Position numbers and translations under genes: made by a program. Shown here piece after piece: positions 1 through 10,293 of a DNA stretch of 60,233 nt (its first letter is position 1; the number at the start of each line of letters is the position of its first letter). Origin of the DNA: Phenylobacterium sp. (GTDB taxonomy: Bacteria > Pseudomonadota > Alphaproteobacteria > Caulobacterales > Caulobacteraceae); NCBI RefSeq assembly GCF_028290885.1, contig NZ_JAQGIZ010000038.1, forward strand, positions 1-60,233. The letters run 5' to 3'. Below the pieces are notes generated by a model. That model saw nothing but the letters and a program-made list of their open reading frames with translations, searched no databases and was not told the DNA's origin.

Positions 1-53
1 CGCCCTCTCCCTACTCTCTCCTTCTCTCGCCGCACTCGGGGGAGAGGCGAGGC

Positions 54-875
54 CTACGCGGGTTCCGCGACGACCGCCTTCACGCCGTAGCGCGGCGCCG
101 GATGGGCGTTGGAGAAGTTCGGCGACATCTTCAGCCGCGCTGCCTGGAACGCGTCCCATTCGGCCGGATCCAGCAGCGAGGGGATGGTGACCAGCTCGCC
201 CCTGTCGAGGCCGGCCAGGGCCGCGTCGACCAGCTCGTCGACGTCCATGGTTCTATTGGGATCGAGGTCCGCCGGGTTGCGGCCGGCGCGCTCCCAGATC
301 TCGGTGCGGGTGGCGCCGGGCAGGACTGCCTGCAGGCGTACGCCCGCCCCGCCGAGTTCCTCGTTCATCCCCTGGGTCAGATAGAGCACGAAGGCCTTGG
401 TCGCGCCGTAGACGACGCTGCGGTACTCGGGCAGCAGGCCGACCACGGAGCCCAGGTTGACGATGGTCCCGCGCCCGCGCCGCACGAAGGCCTTGGCCGC
501 CGCGTTGGCCAGGCGGGTCACGGCGACGACGTTCAGCTGGATCAGGCCCTCGATCCGCTCGCCGTCCTGTTCCAGGTAGCCGCCGAACAGGGCCGCGCCG
601 GCGTTGTTGATCAGTAGCTCGATGGCCTCGTCGCTCGCCAGCCGGTCCTCGATGCGGGCGAGATCGGCCTTGTCGGTCAGGTCGGCGCGGAACACCTCGA
701 CGGCGACGCCGGTCTCGGCGCGCAGCTTCCGGGCGAGGTCTTCGAGCCGCGCAGCGTCGCGGGCGACCAGGATCAGGTCGTGGCCGCGCCGGGCCAGGCG
801 GTCGGCGTAGGTCGCGCCGATGCCGGCGGAGGCGCCGGTCACGAGGGCGACGCCAAGGGATTGAGGCTGGGTCAT
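54..875 (-). CDS. Short-chain dehydrogenase/reductase (SDR)
   Basis: TGASAGIG Rossmann motif, NNAG, YGATK catalytic YxxxK. Confidence 0.92.
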   Translation of the reverse strand: MTQPQSLGVALVTGASAGIGATYADRLARRGHDLILVARDAARLEDLARKLRAETGVAVEVFRADLTDKADLARIEDRLASDEAIELLINNAGAALFGGYLEQDGERIEGLIQLNVVAVTRLANAAAKAFVRRGRGTIVNLGSVVGLLPEYRSVVYGATKAFVLYLTQGMNEELGGAGVRLQAVLPGATRTEIWERAGRNPADLDPNRTMDVDELVDAALAGLDRGELVTIPSLLDPAEWDAFQAARLKMSPNFSNAHPAPRYGVKAVVAEPA

Positions 876-925
876 GAGAAGTCTCCTTAGGCGGCGTCCA
901 TCGTCGCCTGGGGGCTAGCTGGTGA

Positions 926-948
926 GTAACTTGCAAAATGCAAGTGAC
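926..948. promoter_or_regulatory. Palindromic operator, probably for the HxlR-family regulator
   Basis: gt-a-ACTTGCA-aaa-TGCAAGT-g-ac inverted repeat in the divergent SDR/HxlR intergenic gap. Confidence 0.6.
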
Positions 949-964
949 GCCCTAGATTGGCGAT

Positions 965-1462
965 ATGAAAAACGACCGCTTCGACCGGACGCTGTGTCCC
1001 GTGGCGCGCACGCTGGAGCGCGTCGGCGACGCCTGGAGCCTGATGATCCTGCGCGACGCAACGCACGGGCTCACCCGCTTCGACCAGTTCCGCAAAAGCC
1101 TCGGCGTCGCGCCGAACATCCTGACCGACCGGCTAGGCCGGCTGGTCGAAGCCGGCTTCCTGGAACGCCGTCGCTACAGTGAACGGCCGCCGCGCGACGA
1201 ATATGTGCTCACGGAGATCGGACGCGACTTCCAGCCGGTGCTGTTCTCGCTCATGGCGTTCGGCAACCGCCACTTCGCCAAGGAAGGCGTGGCCAGCCAG
1301 CTGGTCGACGCCGCGACCGGAGCGCCGGCCGATCCGGTGCTGGTGGACGCCCACACCGGCCGCCGGGTCGACGAGCCCGGCTTCAGGTTCGCCGCCGGTC
1401 CGGCCGCCGACGAGGGGGTTTTGACGCGGATGGCCTTCGCCAACCGCAGAGCGACCGCCTAG
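965..1462 (+). CDS. HxlR/DUF24-family winged-helix transcriptional regulator
   Basis: CPVARTLERVGDAWSLMILRD...RFDQF...EYVLTEIG signature; divergent from the SDR. Confidence 0.9.
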   Translation: MKNDRFDRTLCPVARTLERVGDAWSLMILRDATHGLTRFDQFRKSLGVAPNILTDRLGRLVEAGFLERRRYSERPPRDEYVLTEIGRDFQPVLFSLMAFGNRHFAKEGVASQLVDAATGAPADPVLVDAHTGRRVDEPGFRFAAGPAADEGVLTRMAFANRRATA

Positions 1463-1815
1463 CGCGCCTTACGGGCCGCGTAACGGGCGTCGCGCTTGGA
1501 CTGGGCTTCGGCCTTGGTGAGCTGCTTGCGCTCCTTGCGGGCGCCGCGCTTCTCGGCGAGCGCGGCTTCTTCGGCGGCCGCCACGCCCGCCTGGACCGCG
1601 GCGTGGGCGTCAGCCGTCGCCTGCACGGCCGCGGCCTTTTCCGCCGCTCGCGCCGCGCGGACATCCTTCAGTTCCGCTGCGCGCATGGCTTCGCGCTCGG
1701 CGAACAGCGGGTCGGTGATGGTGGGCTTCGGCTTCATCTTCGCCAGCAGCGCGGCCTTGGCCTCGGCGGCCGAGGCCAGGCGGTCGGTCAGGCTTGAACC
1801 CTTCAGGTCTCTCAT
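1459..1815 (-). CDS. Small basic, alanine-rich helical protein (DUF6481-like)
   Basis: DRLASAAEAKAALLAK start and KRDARYAARKAR end, typical of this alphaproteobacterial family. Confidence 0.7.
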   Translation of the reverse strand: MRDLKGSSLTDRLASAAEAKAALLAKMKPKPTITDPLFAEREAMRAAELKDVRAARAAEKAAAVQATADAHAAVQAGVAAAEEAALAEKRGARKERKQLTKAEAQSKRDARYAARKAR

Positions 1816-1903
1816 GGATCGCTTTCAGGCGGAACGGCCGCGATTGCGCGACGGGCCACCCTACAACACTTCGGCCTTCAGAGCCGCCGGAAAGCCTTGA
1901 GGA

Positions 1904-3349
1904 CTAACCCCTGAGCTTCCGCAGCAGCACGTCGGTGTCCCGCGCGATCGCCGGGTCCTCGGCCTTCAGCGACTCGATCCGGCGCACGGCATGCAGGACC
2001 GTGGTGTGGTCGCGCCCGCCGAAGCGCCGGCCGATGTCGGGCAGCGAGCGGGTGGTGATCTGCTTGGTGAGCCACATGGCCACCTGCCGGGGCCTGGCCA
2101 CCGCGCGCGCCCGGCGCTCGGAGATCAGGTCGGCCTGCTTCAGGCCGTAGTGCTCGGCGACCACCTTCTGGATCTGGTCGACCGTCACCTTGCGCTCGTT
2201 GCACGACAGATGCGGGCGAAGGATGGTCTGCGCCTCGTCGAGGGTGAGGCGGGCGAGATCGCCGCCGACGCGGGCCACCAGCGTATTCAGCGCCCCTTCC
2301 AGCTCGCGCACGCTGTCGGTGAAGCGGTCGGCCAGGAACTGCATGACCTCGGGCTTGGCCGAGGGCAGGAAGCGGCCCTGCTGGGCCAGCGTCTGCAGCT
2401 TGCGCTCCAGGATGCCCAGGCGAAGGTTGCGGTCCGCCGGCTCGATGCCGCAGACCAGGCCGGCCTGCAGGTGCGAGCGCAGGCGCGGCTCCATCTCCGA
2501 CAGCTCGGTCGGCGAGCGGTCGGCGGTCATCACCACGCGGCGGCCGTCCTCCACCAGCGCGATCAACGTGTGGAACAGTTCTTCCTGCGTCGAAGTCTTG
2601 CCGGCCACGAAGTGCACGTCGTCGATCAGGAGCAGGTCGGCGTTGCGCAGCTCGTCCTTGAAGGCCGCGGTCTGCCGGTCCTGCAGGGCGCGCACGAAGG
2701 TGGTGGTGAAGCGCTCGGCGGTGAGGTGGACGACCCGCTTGGAGGGCTCGTTGCGCATGGCCTCCCAGGCCAGCGCGTTCAGAAGGTGCGTCTTTCCGAA
2801 GCCGTAGGGGCCGTGGAACATCACCGGGTTGAAGTGGCCGTCGGACCAGGACGCCACGCGGCGGGCCACGGCGAAGGCGAACTCGTTGGAAGGACCCGCG
2901 ACGAAGGTCTCGAAGGAGAACCGCTCCTGCAGGCCCAGCAGGCGGCCCTGGCGGGCGGCGGCGGGGGCGGCTTCGGCCTCGATCTCGAAGACCTCCGGCG
3001 CGACCGGCGCCGGGCTCGCCGCGACCGGCGCGAGCGCCGGCGCAGCGGCCGCCAGGCTGTCGGAATCGAACTCCATGCGTGACTTCAGGTCGAGCCGGCG
3101 GCCGAGGGGATCGTTCTGCGCCCAGAGCTCTCCGATCCGGCGCCAGGCGTGGCGGGCGATCCAGTCGCGCGCCACGCCCGTGGCGGCCACCAGGCACACC
3201 TCGTCTCCGGTCTCCCGCAGCGCCGCCTGGCCCAGCCAGGAGCCGAACGTCGCCTCCCCCAGCTCGCGTTTCAAGACCAGGCAGGTCTTGGTCCACACGA
3301 TCCCGGCCGGTGCGCTCGCCATAGCTCCCGCAACCCCCCCGCTCATCAT
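1904..3349 (-). CDS. dnaA: Chromosomal replication initiator DnaA
   Basis: Walker A GPYGFGKTHLL, Walker B LLLIDDVHF, domain IV RDHTTVLHA. Start placed at ATG 3349 (MMSGGVA); the ORF is open to 3364. Confidence 0.97.
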   Translation of the reverse strand: MMSGGVAGAMASAPAGIVWTKTCLVLKRELGEATFGSWLGQAALRETGDEVCLVAATGVARDWIARHAWRRIGELWAQNDPLGRRLDLKSRMEFDSDSLAAAAPALAPVAASPAPVAPEVFEIEAEAAPAAARQGRLLGLQERFSFETFVAGPSNEFAFAVARRVASWSDGHFNPVMFHGPYGFGKTHLLNALAWEAMRNEPSKRVVHLTAERFTTTFVRALQDRQTAAFKDELRNADLLLIDDVHFVAGKTSTQEELFHTLIALVEDGRRVVMTADRSPTELSEMEPRLRSHLQAGLVCGIEPADRNLRLGILERKLQTLAQQGRFLPSAKPEVMQFLADRFTDSVRELEGALNTLVARVGGDLARLTLDEAQTILRPHLSCNERKVTVDQIQKVVAEHYGLKQADLISERRARAVARPRQVAMWLTKQITTRSLPDIGRRFGGRDHTTVLHAVRRIESLKAEDPAIARDTDVLLRKLRG

Positions 3350-3507
3350 CACAGCCAACCCCATCGTGCCCGCGTCACGGTCTCAGCCCCACGCATGAAA
3401 CCGCACCTTTTTTTTCAACACACAGGCTCTCGTCCGGCGATCGCTTGCGCTTCGCCGGCGCCCCGTTTTGATCCGGGATCAGATGCAAGACGCCTGTAAG
3501 GAGGCTG

Positions 3508-3650
3508 ACACTAATCGGGGGCCGAGGCCGGTCAACGGTGATTCTTCAACGGCCAAGGCGATATTTTAATTGACTCGCGCTGAGCCCTTTTCGCGCCAAG
3601 GGAAACGCTCATTTCCGTTCCGTGCGCTGAGTAGATTCGCCGCACGAGTC
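3508..3650 (-). promoter_or_regulatory. dnaA promoter with a cluster of GANTC (CcrM) sites
   Basis: TTGACC (-35, minus strand 3535-3530) 16 nt from TAGTGT; GANTC at 3540, 3572, 3634, 3646. Confidence 0.6.
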
Positions 3651-3676
3651 GCGCCGGAGTGCTCCCTCCACGCACG

Positions 3677-3701
3677 AAAAACGGCGCCGAAATGGGCGCC
3701 G
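3677..3701 (-). terminator. Rho-independent terminator after rpsT
   Basis: CGGCGCC/GGCGCCG stem followed by TTTTT on the minus strand. Confidence 0.7.
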
Positions 3702-3758
3702 CTGGGCCGTCTAATTCCGATGGGAGAGGCGGGGTATGGCCCCGCTTAGCGGCCTATG

Positions 3759-4028
3759 TCAGGCGGCCGACATTTTCCGCAGGGCGGCCGCCAGGCGCGA
3801 GACTTTCCGGGAGCCGGTGTTCTTGTGCACCACGCCCTTGGAGACGGCGCGCATCAGCTCGGATTGGGCCTTCACGAAGGCGTCCTTGGCCGCCGCCGCG
3901 TCGCCCGCGGTCAGCGCCTCGTCGAACTTGCGCAGGAAGGTGCGCACGCGCGAGCGGCGGGCGGTGTTGACTTCGGTTCGGCGGGCGATCTTGCGGACCG
4001 CCTTCTTGGAGCCGGGCGTATTGGCCAT
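3759..4028 (-). CDS. rpsT: 30S ribosomal protein S20
   Basis: [13 protein letters not shown]...[16 protein letters not shown]; position next to dnaA. Confidence 0.97.
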   Translation of the reverse strand: MANTPGSKKAVRKIARRTEVNTARRSRVRTFLRKFDEALTAGDAAAAKDAFVKAQSELMRAVSKGVVHKNTGSRKVSRLAAALRKMSAA

Positions 4029-4159
4029 TCTCTAGAGCTCTTCAAACGTACGCGCCCGGCGAGCCGGGGCGGGGAAAATCGGAGGCGCGGATATACGGGA
4101 GGCGGAGCGGCGGGTCAATGGAAGGGCGACGCAATTCGACCTGCCGTCTTCGGCGCCGC

Positions 4160-4936
4160 CTACTTGCCGGTGAACTTCGCCGGGCGCTTCTCCACGAAGG
4201 CCGCCATGCCTTCCTTCTGGTCGTCGAAGGCGAACAGCGAATGGAACAGCCGGCGCTCCATCTTAACGCCCTGGCTGAGCGGCATCTCGTAGGCGGCGTT
4301 TACCAACTCTTTCGCGATCATCACCGAATTGGGCGATAGCGCGGCGATCTTCTGCGCCGCTTCCATGGCGGTCGAAATAAGCTCGGCCAGCGGCACGACC
4401 CGGCTCACCAGGCCGCAGCGCTCGGCCTCGGCTGCGTCCATCATCCGGGCGGTCAGCACCATGTCCATTGCCTTCGACTTGCCGGCGAAGCGGGTGAGGC
4501 GCTGGGTGCCGCCGGCGCCCGGGATGACGCCTAGGTTGATCTCCGGCTGGCCGAACTTGGCGTTGTCGGCGGCGATGATGAAGTCGCACATCATGGCGAG
4601 CTCGCAGCCGCCGCCCAGGGCATAGCCCGCGACCGCCGCGATCACCGGCTTGCGGCAGCGGGTCACCCGCTCCCAGTTGGCCGTGATGAAGTCCTCGGTG
4701 AACACATCGGCGTAGCTCTTCGAGGCCATCTCCTTGATGTCCGCCCCGGCGGCAAAGGCCCGGTCGGAGCCGGTGATCACCACGCAGCGCACGGTGGGAT
4801 CGGCCTCGGTCCCGTCCAGCACCTGGGTCAGCTCGTCCATCAAGGCGCCGTTCAGCGCGTTGAGCGCCTCGGGACGGTTCAGCCGGATCAGGGTCACGGC
4901 CTCGTGGCGTTCGACGATCAGGGTCTGGAGGGTCAT
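4160..4936 (-). CDS. Enoyl-CoA hydratase (crotonase family)
   Basis: [33 protein letters not shown] motifs; start at MTLQTL. Confidence 0.93.
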   Translation of the reverse strand: MTLQTLIVERHEAVTLIRLNRPEALNALNGALMDELTQVLDGTEADPTVRCVVITGSDRAFAAGADIKEMASKSYADVFTEDFITANWERVTRCRKPVIAAVAGYALGGGCELAMMCDFIIAADNAKFGQPEINLGVIPGAGGTQRLTRFAGKSKAMDMVLTARMMDAAEAERCGLVSRVVPLAELISTAMEAAQKIAALSPNSVMIAKELVNAAYEMPLSQGVKMERRLFHSLFAFDDQKEGMAAFVEKRPAKFTGK

Positions 4937-4967
4937 GGGCGCGCTCCTTGAGGTCCAGCCGCCGCCC

Positions 4968-5837
4968 TTAAGGCCCCGTGACGGAATAGCCAAGCGCCCG
5001 CAGGCGGGCCGGCACCCCGTCGGGGCCGATCAGGTGGCCGATGCCGACCACCACCACCGTGTGGCCATGGCCCTTCAGGCGGGCCTGCAGTGCTTTCGTC
5101 CAGCTCGCGTTGCGCTCGGTGACCAGCCGGCGGAACAGGCCCGGCGTGGCGTCGCGGATCGGGGCCAGGGCTTCGCGGTCGAGCGCCGTGGTGTCGCCGT
5201 CGACCCAGGCCTTCACCAGCACCTGGAACTCATCGGGCTTCTCGTCCATGTCGCGCATGGTTTCGTGGAGCGAGGCGATCTGCTCGTCCATCGCGCCGCC
5301 GGAGAGCAGGGCGATCTGCTCCGCCGGAGTCTCGAAAGCCTTCCGCGTGGCCTTCGGGGTCGCCATGGCGGCGATGGTCTTCTCGACGCCCGACGCGGCA
5401 TCCGCGCCGGCCCTGCGATAGGCCGCGCCGGCCAGGGCGATCTCCGCGAGCCAGGGCTGCAGGCGGTCGAGCAGGGCCGGCGAGACGTCGTAGGCCACGG
5501 CGAGCTTGCCCATCAGCTCGGCGTCTTTCGGCGGCAGCAGCTTGAACAGCGACTGGTCGGGTGGCAGCACGCCGTTCTGCCCGGCGAGCGCGGCGGTCTG
5601 GGCCTCGCTCTGCGGGTCGATCGGCAATTCGAACCAGATGTCGTCGGCGGCCTTCAGGGCGCGGTCCAGCGCCGGCGGGGACCAGTCGAGCCCGTGCGGC
5701 AGGATGTGCACCGAGCCGAACAGCATGATCTCCGAGTTCTTGTCCTTCACCACCCAGACGGGCGGCATGGCCCCGGCCTGGCCGGCGACGGACAGGGCGG
5801 CGACAGCGCCGGCGATCGATCTCCACGCGCGGCTCAC
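4968..5837 (-). CDS. TraB/GumN family exported protein
   Basis: Signal peptide, [20 protein letters not shown] motifs; GTG start overlaps the mutM stop (GTGA). Confidence 0.85.
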   Translation of the reverse strand: MSRAWRSIAGAVAALSVAGQAGAMPPVWVVKDKNSEIMLFGSVHILPHGLDWSPPALDRALKAADDIWFELPIDPQSEAQTAALAGQNGVLPPDQSLFKLLPPKDAELMGKLAVAYDVSPALLDRLQPWLAEIALAGAAYRRAGADAASGVEKTIAAMATPKATRKAFETPAEQIALLSGGAMDEQIASLHETMRDMDEKPDEFQVLVKAWVDGDTTALDREALAPIRDATPGLFRRLVTERNASWTKALQARLKGHGHTVVVVGIGHLIGPDGVPARLRALGYSVTGP

Positions 5838-6712
5838 CTTTGGCAGACCGGGCAGTGGAAGGTCGAACGCCCCGCCTGGAGCTTGCGCGCGATGACGCCG
5901 TCGCAGCCATCGTTGGGACAGGGCCGCCCCTCGCGGTCGTACACTCGGAAGCGGTGCTGGAAGTAGCCCAGCGCGCCGTCGACCTGGGCGTAGTCGCGCA
6001 GGGTCGAGCCGCCAGCGGCGATGGCCTCGCCCAGCACCGTGCGGATGGCGAGGACCAGCTTCTCGAGCCTCGGCTTCGAGATCCCTCCGGCCGGCTTGAA
6101 CGGCGAGATGCGCGCCCGGTGCAGCGCCTCGCAGACATAGATGTTGCCGAGGCCCGCCACGATCCGCTGGTCGAGCAACAGGGTCTTGGCCCCCTGCTTG
6201 CGGCCCTTGAAGGCGGCCTTCAGATGCTCGGCGTCGAAAGCGTCCGACAGCGGCTCCGGGCCCAGCCCCGCGAACCATGGATGCAGCAAGAGCGTCGCGG
6301 TGTTGACGAGCGCCATGTAGCCGAAGCGGCGAGGGTCATAGTAGGTCACCCGCGCGCCGGCCTCGGTTTCGAAGACGATATGGGCGTGCTTGGGGTCCGG
6401 GTCGGGGGCGTAGTGGAACTGGCCTGGCCCGACCGAGCCCTCCGGCCCCTCTTGCCTGGGCTTGGCGATCTCGAAGCGGCCGCTCATGCCCAGGTGCATG
6501 ACCAGGGTGTCTTCCCGGTCGAGGGTAGCCAGCAGGTACTTGGCGCGCCGGGCGAGGCGGGTGATCGTGGCGCCGGTCAGCACCTGGACGAAGTTCTCCG
6601 GCAAGGGGAAGCGCAGATCGGGGCGGCGGGCCTCGACCCGGGCCAGCCTCTGACCCTCCAGCACGGGGGCCAGGCCGCCCCGCACCGTCTCGACCTCGGG
6701 AAGTTCCGGCAT
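5834..6712 (-). CDS. mutM: Formamidopyrimidine-DNA glycosylase Fpg
   Basis: MPELPEVE N-terminus, HLGMSG, GLGNIY, C-terminal Zn finger. Confidence 0.97.
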   Translation of the reverse strand: MPELPEVETVRGGLAPVLEGQRLARVEARRPDLRFPLPENFVQVLTGATITRLARRAKYLLATLDREDTLVMHLGMSGRFEIAKPRQEGPEGSVGPGQFHYAPDPDPKHAHIVFETEAGARVTYYDPRRFGYMALVNTATLLLHPWFAGLGPEPLSDAFDAEHLKAAFKGRKQGAKTLLLDQRIVAGLGNIYVCEALHRARISPFKPAGGISKPRLEKLVLAIRTVLGEAIAAGGSTLRDYAQVDGALGYFQHRFRVYDREGRPCPNDGCDGVIARKLQAGRSTFHCPVCQR

Positions 6713-6808
6713 GGTGACGGCTTGGCACGGCGGGCGCCGCGCGCCAAGGGCCTTGGAGCCCCCAATAGGCTTGGAGCACAGGAGGCGTGGGGCTAAGAGG
6801 CTGGGCCC

Positions 6809-7567
6809 ATGACCGGACCTGGCGCCACCTTCGGCTTCCGCGACGTCGACCCGACCGAAAAGCCCGGCCTGGTGCGGGGCGTCTTCGACCGCGTGGCGCG
6901 CCGCTACGACCTGATGAACGACCTGATGAGCGGGGGCGTCCACCGACTGTGGAAGGACGCTGCCGCCGCGCGGCTGAACCCGCAGCCCGGCGAGACCATC
7001 GTCGACTGCGCCGGCGGCACCGGCGACATGGCGCGGCGCTTCGCCCGCATGGCTCGCCGCGCCCAGCTACGCCGCGGCGGCCCCGACGCCCAGGTCGTGG
7101 TGATCGACTACAACGCCGAGATGGTCGCCGCCGGCCGGGAGAAGGGCTCCGAGCCGGAGATCTGCTGGGCGGTGGGCGACGCACAAGCCTTGCCGCTGCC
7201 CGACGCCAGCGCCGAGGCCTATGTCATCGCCTTCGGCATCCGCAACGTCACCGATATCGCCGCGGCCTTGCGCGAGGCGCGGCGGGTGCTGAAGCCCGGC
7301 GGCCGGTTCCTCTGCCTGGAGTTCTCGCGGCCGACAACGGAGGCGTTGCAAAAGGCCTACGACGCCTATTCCTTCAAGGTGATCCCCGAGGTGGGCGCGC
7401 GCGTCGCCGGCGACCGCGAGGCCTACCAGTACCTGGTCGAAAGCATCCGCCGGTTCCCCGACCAGCGCCGGTTCGCGGCCATGATCGGCGAGGCCGGCTT
7501 CGGCCGGGTGGACTACACCAACTTCACCGGCGGCGTCGCGGCCCTGCACACCGGGCGGGTGATCTAA
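6809..7567 (+). CDS. ubiE: Ubiquinone/menaquinone C-methyltransferase
   Basis: [37 protein letters not shown]. Confidence 0.95.
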   Translation: MTGPGATFGFRDVDPTEKPGLVRGVFDRVARRYDLMNDLMSGGVHRLWKDAAAARLNPQPGETIVDCAGGTGDMARRFARMARRAQLRRGGPDAQVVVIDYNAEMVAAGREKGSEPEICWAVGDAQALPLPDASAEAYVIAFGIRNVTDIAAALREARRVLKPGGRFLCLEFSRPTTEALQKAYDAYSFKVIPEVGARVAGDREAYQYLVESIRRFPDQRRFAAMIGEAGFGRVDYTNFTGGVAALHTGRVI

Positions 7568-7587
7568 GAGATGGGCTGGGCCCTTCG

Positions 7588-9099
7588 GTGACGGCGGGGC
7601 GCGCCTTCGGCCGCATGGTTGGCGCGGCCTGGATCCTGGTGCGCAACGACGCCCTGCTGCCGCGCGAGCTCGACGCGCTCTATCCGCCGTCTGTCAGCAC
7701 GCTCGCCAAGACCCTGCGGCTGTTCGCCGGCCGCGGCGCGCAGAGCGGCCGTCCGGGAGAGCGGCTGGCGCGGTCGCTGGAGGGCATGGGGCCGGTGGCG
7801 ATCAAGCTCGGCCAGCTGCTCTCCACCCGCGGCGACTTCTTCGGCCGGGAGTTCGCCGAGGACCTGTCGCGGCTGAAGGACCGCCTGCCGCCGTTTCCGA
7901 CCGCCGAGGCCCGCGCGGAGGTGGAGCGGGCGCTGGGGCGGTCAGTCGAGAGCCTCTATGCCGAGTTCGGCGAGCCGATCGCCGCCGCGTCCCTCGCCCA
8001 GGCCCACGAGGCCAAGATGCTGGACGGGCGCAAGGTGGCGGTGAAGGTGCTTCGGCCCGGCATCGAGCGGCGGGTCGCCGAAGACGCCGAGGGGCTGACG
8101 CTGGCAGCGCGGCTGATCGATCGTTGGATCCCGCTGGCGCGGCGCCTGGAACCCAAGGCCTTCGCCGAGACGGTGGTCCGGGCCACGCTGCTGGAGCTCG
8201 ACCTGCGGCTGGAAGCGGCGGGGGCCGACGAGCTGCGCGAGGTGATGGCCAAGGACGGCTACATGAGCGCGCCGCCGATCGTCTGGGAAGGCGTCGGCAA
8301 GCGGGTGCTGACCATGGAGTGGGCCAGGGGCTGGCCGCTCTCGGACCCCGCCGCCCTGACCCAGCCCGGGCTCGACCGCAAGGCCATGGCCGACAACCTG
8401 ATCCGCGCCTTCCTGGCCCAGGCGCTGGACCACGGCGTCTTCCATGCCGACCTGCACGAGGGGAACCTGTTCGCCGCCCCGCCGGCCCAACTCACCGCCG
8501 TCGACTTCGGGATCATCGGACGGATCGGCGCGCCGGAGCGCCGCTACCTGGCCGAGATCCTCTGGGGCTTCCTGGAGCGGGACTACGAGCGGGTGGCGCG
8601 CGTCCACTTCGACGCCGGCTATGTGCCGCGCCACCACAGCGTCACCGCCTTCGCCCAGGCGCTGCGGGCGGTGGGCGAGCCGGTGTTCGGCCGCGCGGCG
8701 ACCGAGGTGCCGATGAGCCGCGTCCTGATGCAGCTCTTCGAGATCACCTCGCTTTACGAGATGCGCCTGCGCCCCGAGCTCGTGCTGCTGCAGAAGACCA
8801 TGATGACGGTCGAGGGCGTCGCGCGGCGGATCTATCCCCACCACGACATCTGGTCCGCCGCCGACCCGGTGGTGCGTCGCTGGATGGCCCGCGAACTCTC
8901 GCCCGCCGCCCGCATCAGGCGCTTCGTCGACGAAGCCGCCACGGCGCTGCGCAACATCGCCCGGCTGGTGGAGAACCCGCCCGCGCCGGTGGCGGTCGAG
9001 GTGGGTGACTCCGGCTGGGAGCGCTCGGCGCTGCTGTGGTTCGCCATGGGCGCCGCCGTCGCCGGAGTGGCCTTCCTGGTGGCGCCGTATTTTCGTTAG
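7588..9099 (+). CDS. ubiB: Ubiquinone biosynthesis kinase-like protein UbiB
   Basis: GPVAIKLGQ, AAASLAQAH, VAVKVLRP, FHADLH, DFGI; follows ubiE. Start uncertain (GTG 7588 or ATG 7615). Confidence 0.92.
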   Translation: MTAGRAFGRMVGAAWILVRNDALLPRELDALYPPSVSTLAKTLRLFAGRGAQSGRPGERLARSLEGMGPVAIKLGQLLSTRGDFFGREFAEDLSRLKDRLPPFPTAEARAEVERALGRSVESLYAEFGEPIAAASLAQAHEAKMLDGRKVAVKVLRPGIERRVAEDAEGLTLAARLIDRWIPLARRLEPKAFAETVVRATLLELDLRLEAAGADELREVMAKDGYMSAPPIVWEGVGKRVLTMEWARGWPLSDPAALTQPGLDRKAMADNLIRAFLAQALDHGVFHADLHEGNLFAAPPAQLTAVDFGIIGRIGAPERRYLAEILWGFLERDYERVARVHFDAGYVPRHHSVTAFAQALRAVGEPVFGRAATEVPMSRVLMQLFEITSLYEMRLRPELVLLQKTMMTVEGVARRIYPHHDIWSAADPVVRRWMARELSPAARIRRFVDEAATALRNIARLVENPPAPVAVEVGDSGWERSALLWFAMGAAVAGVAFLVAPYFR

Positions 9100-9106
9100 C
9101 TGAGCC

Positions 9107-9613
9107 TCAGTCCTCGATCTTCGTCCGCGCCATCCACTCGGCCTGGGTCAGCCGCTCGGCGCCGTCCTCGCCGAACAGCTCCATCTGGCCGTTGCGGAAG
9201 ACCATTGTCTTGCCGATCGACGGCATGTCGGCGACCTCCACCGGGTCGCGCCGCCCGCCGGTCAGGTAGAGGAGGTCGCCCGGCCCCTTGGACTTTAGCG
9301 AGTGGACCACTCCGTCAATGGGGAAGCCCACGAAGTCGCCGGGTCCGACCGGATGGCCGACGCCGTCCAGCACCATCTCGCCCGCGCCCTCCAGGATGAA
9401 GACGAACTCCTCCGACACCGTGTGCGCGTGCGGAATGAAGCTCTCCTTGCCCGGCGGGATGCGGATCAGGTGGACGCCGAGCTGCGTCATTCCCGCCTGA
9501 TCACCTAGCGGGACCATCCGCATGTCCGACGCCGGATTGAACGGATGCCGTCCGCGCCAGACCTGCGGCCAGTCGGTCTGGCCGGTGCGCACGATATGCT
9601 TCGGGTCGGCCAC
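9107..9613 (-). CDS. Cupin domain protein
   Basis: PPGKES..PHAH..EEFVFILEG...GDFVGFP...HSL cupin motifs. Confidence 0.88.
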   Translation of the reverse strand: MADPKHIVRTGQTDWPQVWRGRHPFNPASDMRMVPLGDQAGMTQLGVHLIRIPPGKESFIPHAHTVSEEFVFILEGAGEMVLDGVGHPVGPGDFVGFPIDGVVHSLKSKGPGDLLYLTGGRRDPVEVADMPSIGKTMVFRNGQMELFGEDGAERLTQAEWMARTKIED

Positions 9614-9682
9614 CGCCTCGTCTCCTGGGTGTCGAACGTCAACCCGCAGGCGGAGCTACGGTTGCTCGCCGCCTCGGCGGGC

Positions 9683-10261
9683 TCAGGCCTGATCGTCGGC
9701 GTTTTGGGACTTGCGGCCGGAACGCGCCGATTGGCTGTGCGCCTCGCGGTCTTTCTGCTTTTCCCAATAGGCCATGCCGTCGTCCGGCTTGAACATGGTG
9801 CGCGGCGCGCCGTCCTTGTTGGCCACGGCGAAGACATTGCCCTTGGGGTCGTAAAACAGCGTGTCGCCGTTCTTGCGCGTCAGGGTCAGCGTGCCCTTCG
9901 GCGGATGGCCCACGAAGGCGTGCGCCCTGGTGACGAACTGGTCGAGCGAATGGGCTCCGAAAGCCTCGCCGTTGCGTTCGAAGGCGCGCTGCGCGCCCTC
10001 TTCGGCCGAGCTGCGCCGGCTGGGGGCCCACACGGGCTTGCCGTCGTCGGCGGCCGCCACGACGTCCTTGCGGTGATCGACCTTCGGCGCGTCGCCTAGG
10101 CTGCGGTCGGAGCCATAGGACCGGTCCGGCGCGTTGGCCGTCGCCATCTGGTTTCCCGCGGCCTGTTTGCTCACCGCCGAGGGGCCGTTGTCGCAGGCGC
10201 CGAGCAGCGCCATCGCCGAAATTCCAAGCGCCAGGGACAGCGCCGTCTTCAACCCAGCCAT
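9683..10261 (-). CDS. Lipoprotein with a pyocin-large-subunit/polymorphic-toxin-like C-terminal domain
   Basis: Lipobox LLGA-C; C-terminal GEAFG...RKNGDTLFYDP..NVFAV...GAPRTMFKP..G..YW pattern; RBS GGAGAG upstream of ATG 10261. Confidence 0.7.
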   Translation of the reverse strand: MAGLKTALSLALGISAMALLGACDNGPSAVSKQAAGNQMATANAPDRSYGSDRSLGDAPKVDHRKDVVAAADDGKPVWAPSRRSSAEEGAQRAFERNGEAFGAHSLDQFVTRAHAFVGHPPKGTLTLTRKNGDTLFYDPKGNVFAVANKDGAPRTMFKPDDGMAYWEKQKDREAHSQSARSGRKSQNADDQA

Positions 10262-10293
10262 CGTGTTCTCTCTCCAAAAACAGCAAAGCTTGC

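Noticed and set aside
3365-3758. Possible oriC next to dnaA
   Set aside because: No TTATCCACA-type box cluster, CtrA TTAA-N7-TTAA sites or extended AT-rich unwinding region seen; Caulobacter-type origins lie near hemE, which is not in this window
6787-7587. Long N-terminal extensions in the ORF track (ubiB, TraB, mutM, acs, creatininase, gpsA, tsaD, hemC, dut)
   Set aside because: Extensions overlap neighbouring genes and are low-information; family similarity begins at the downstream starts listed
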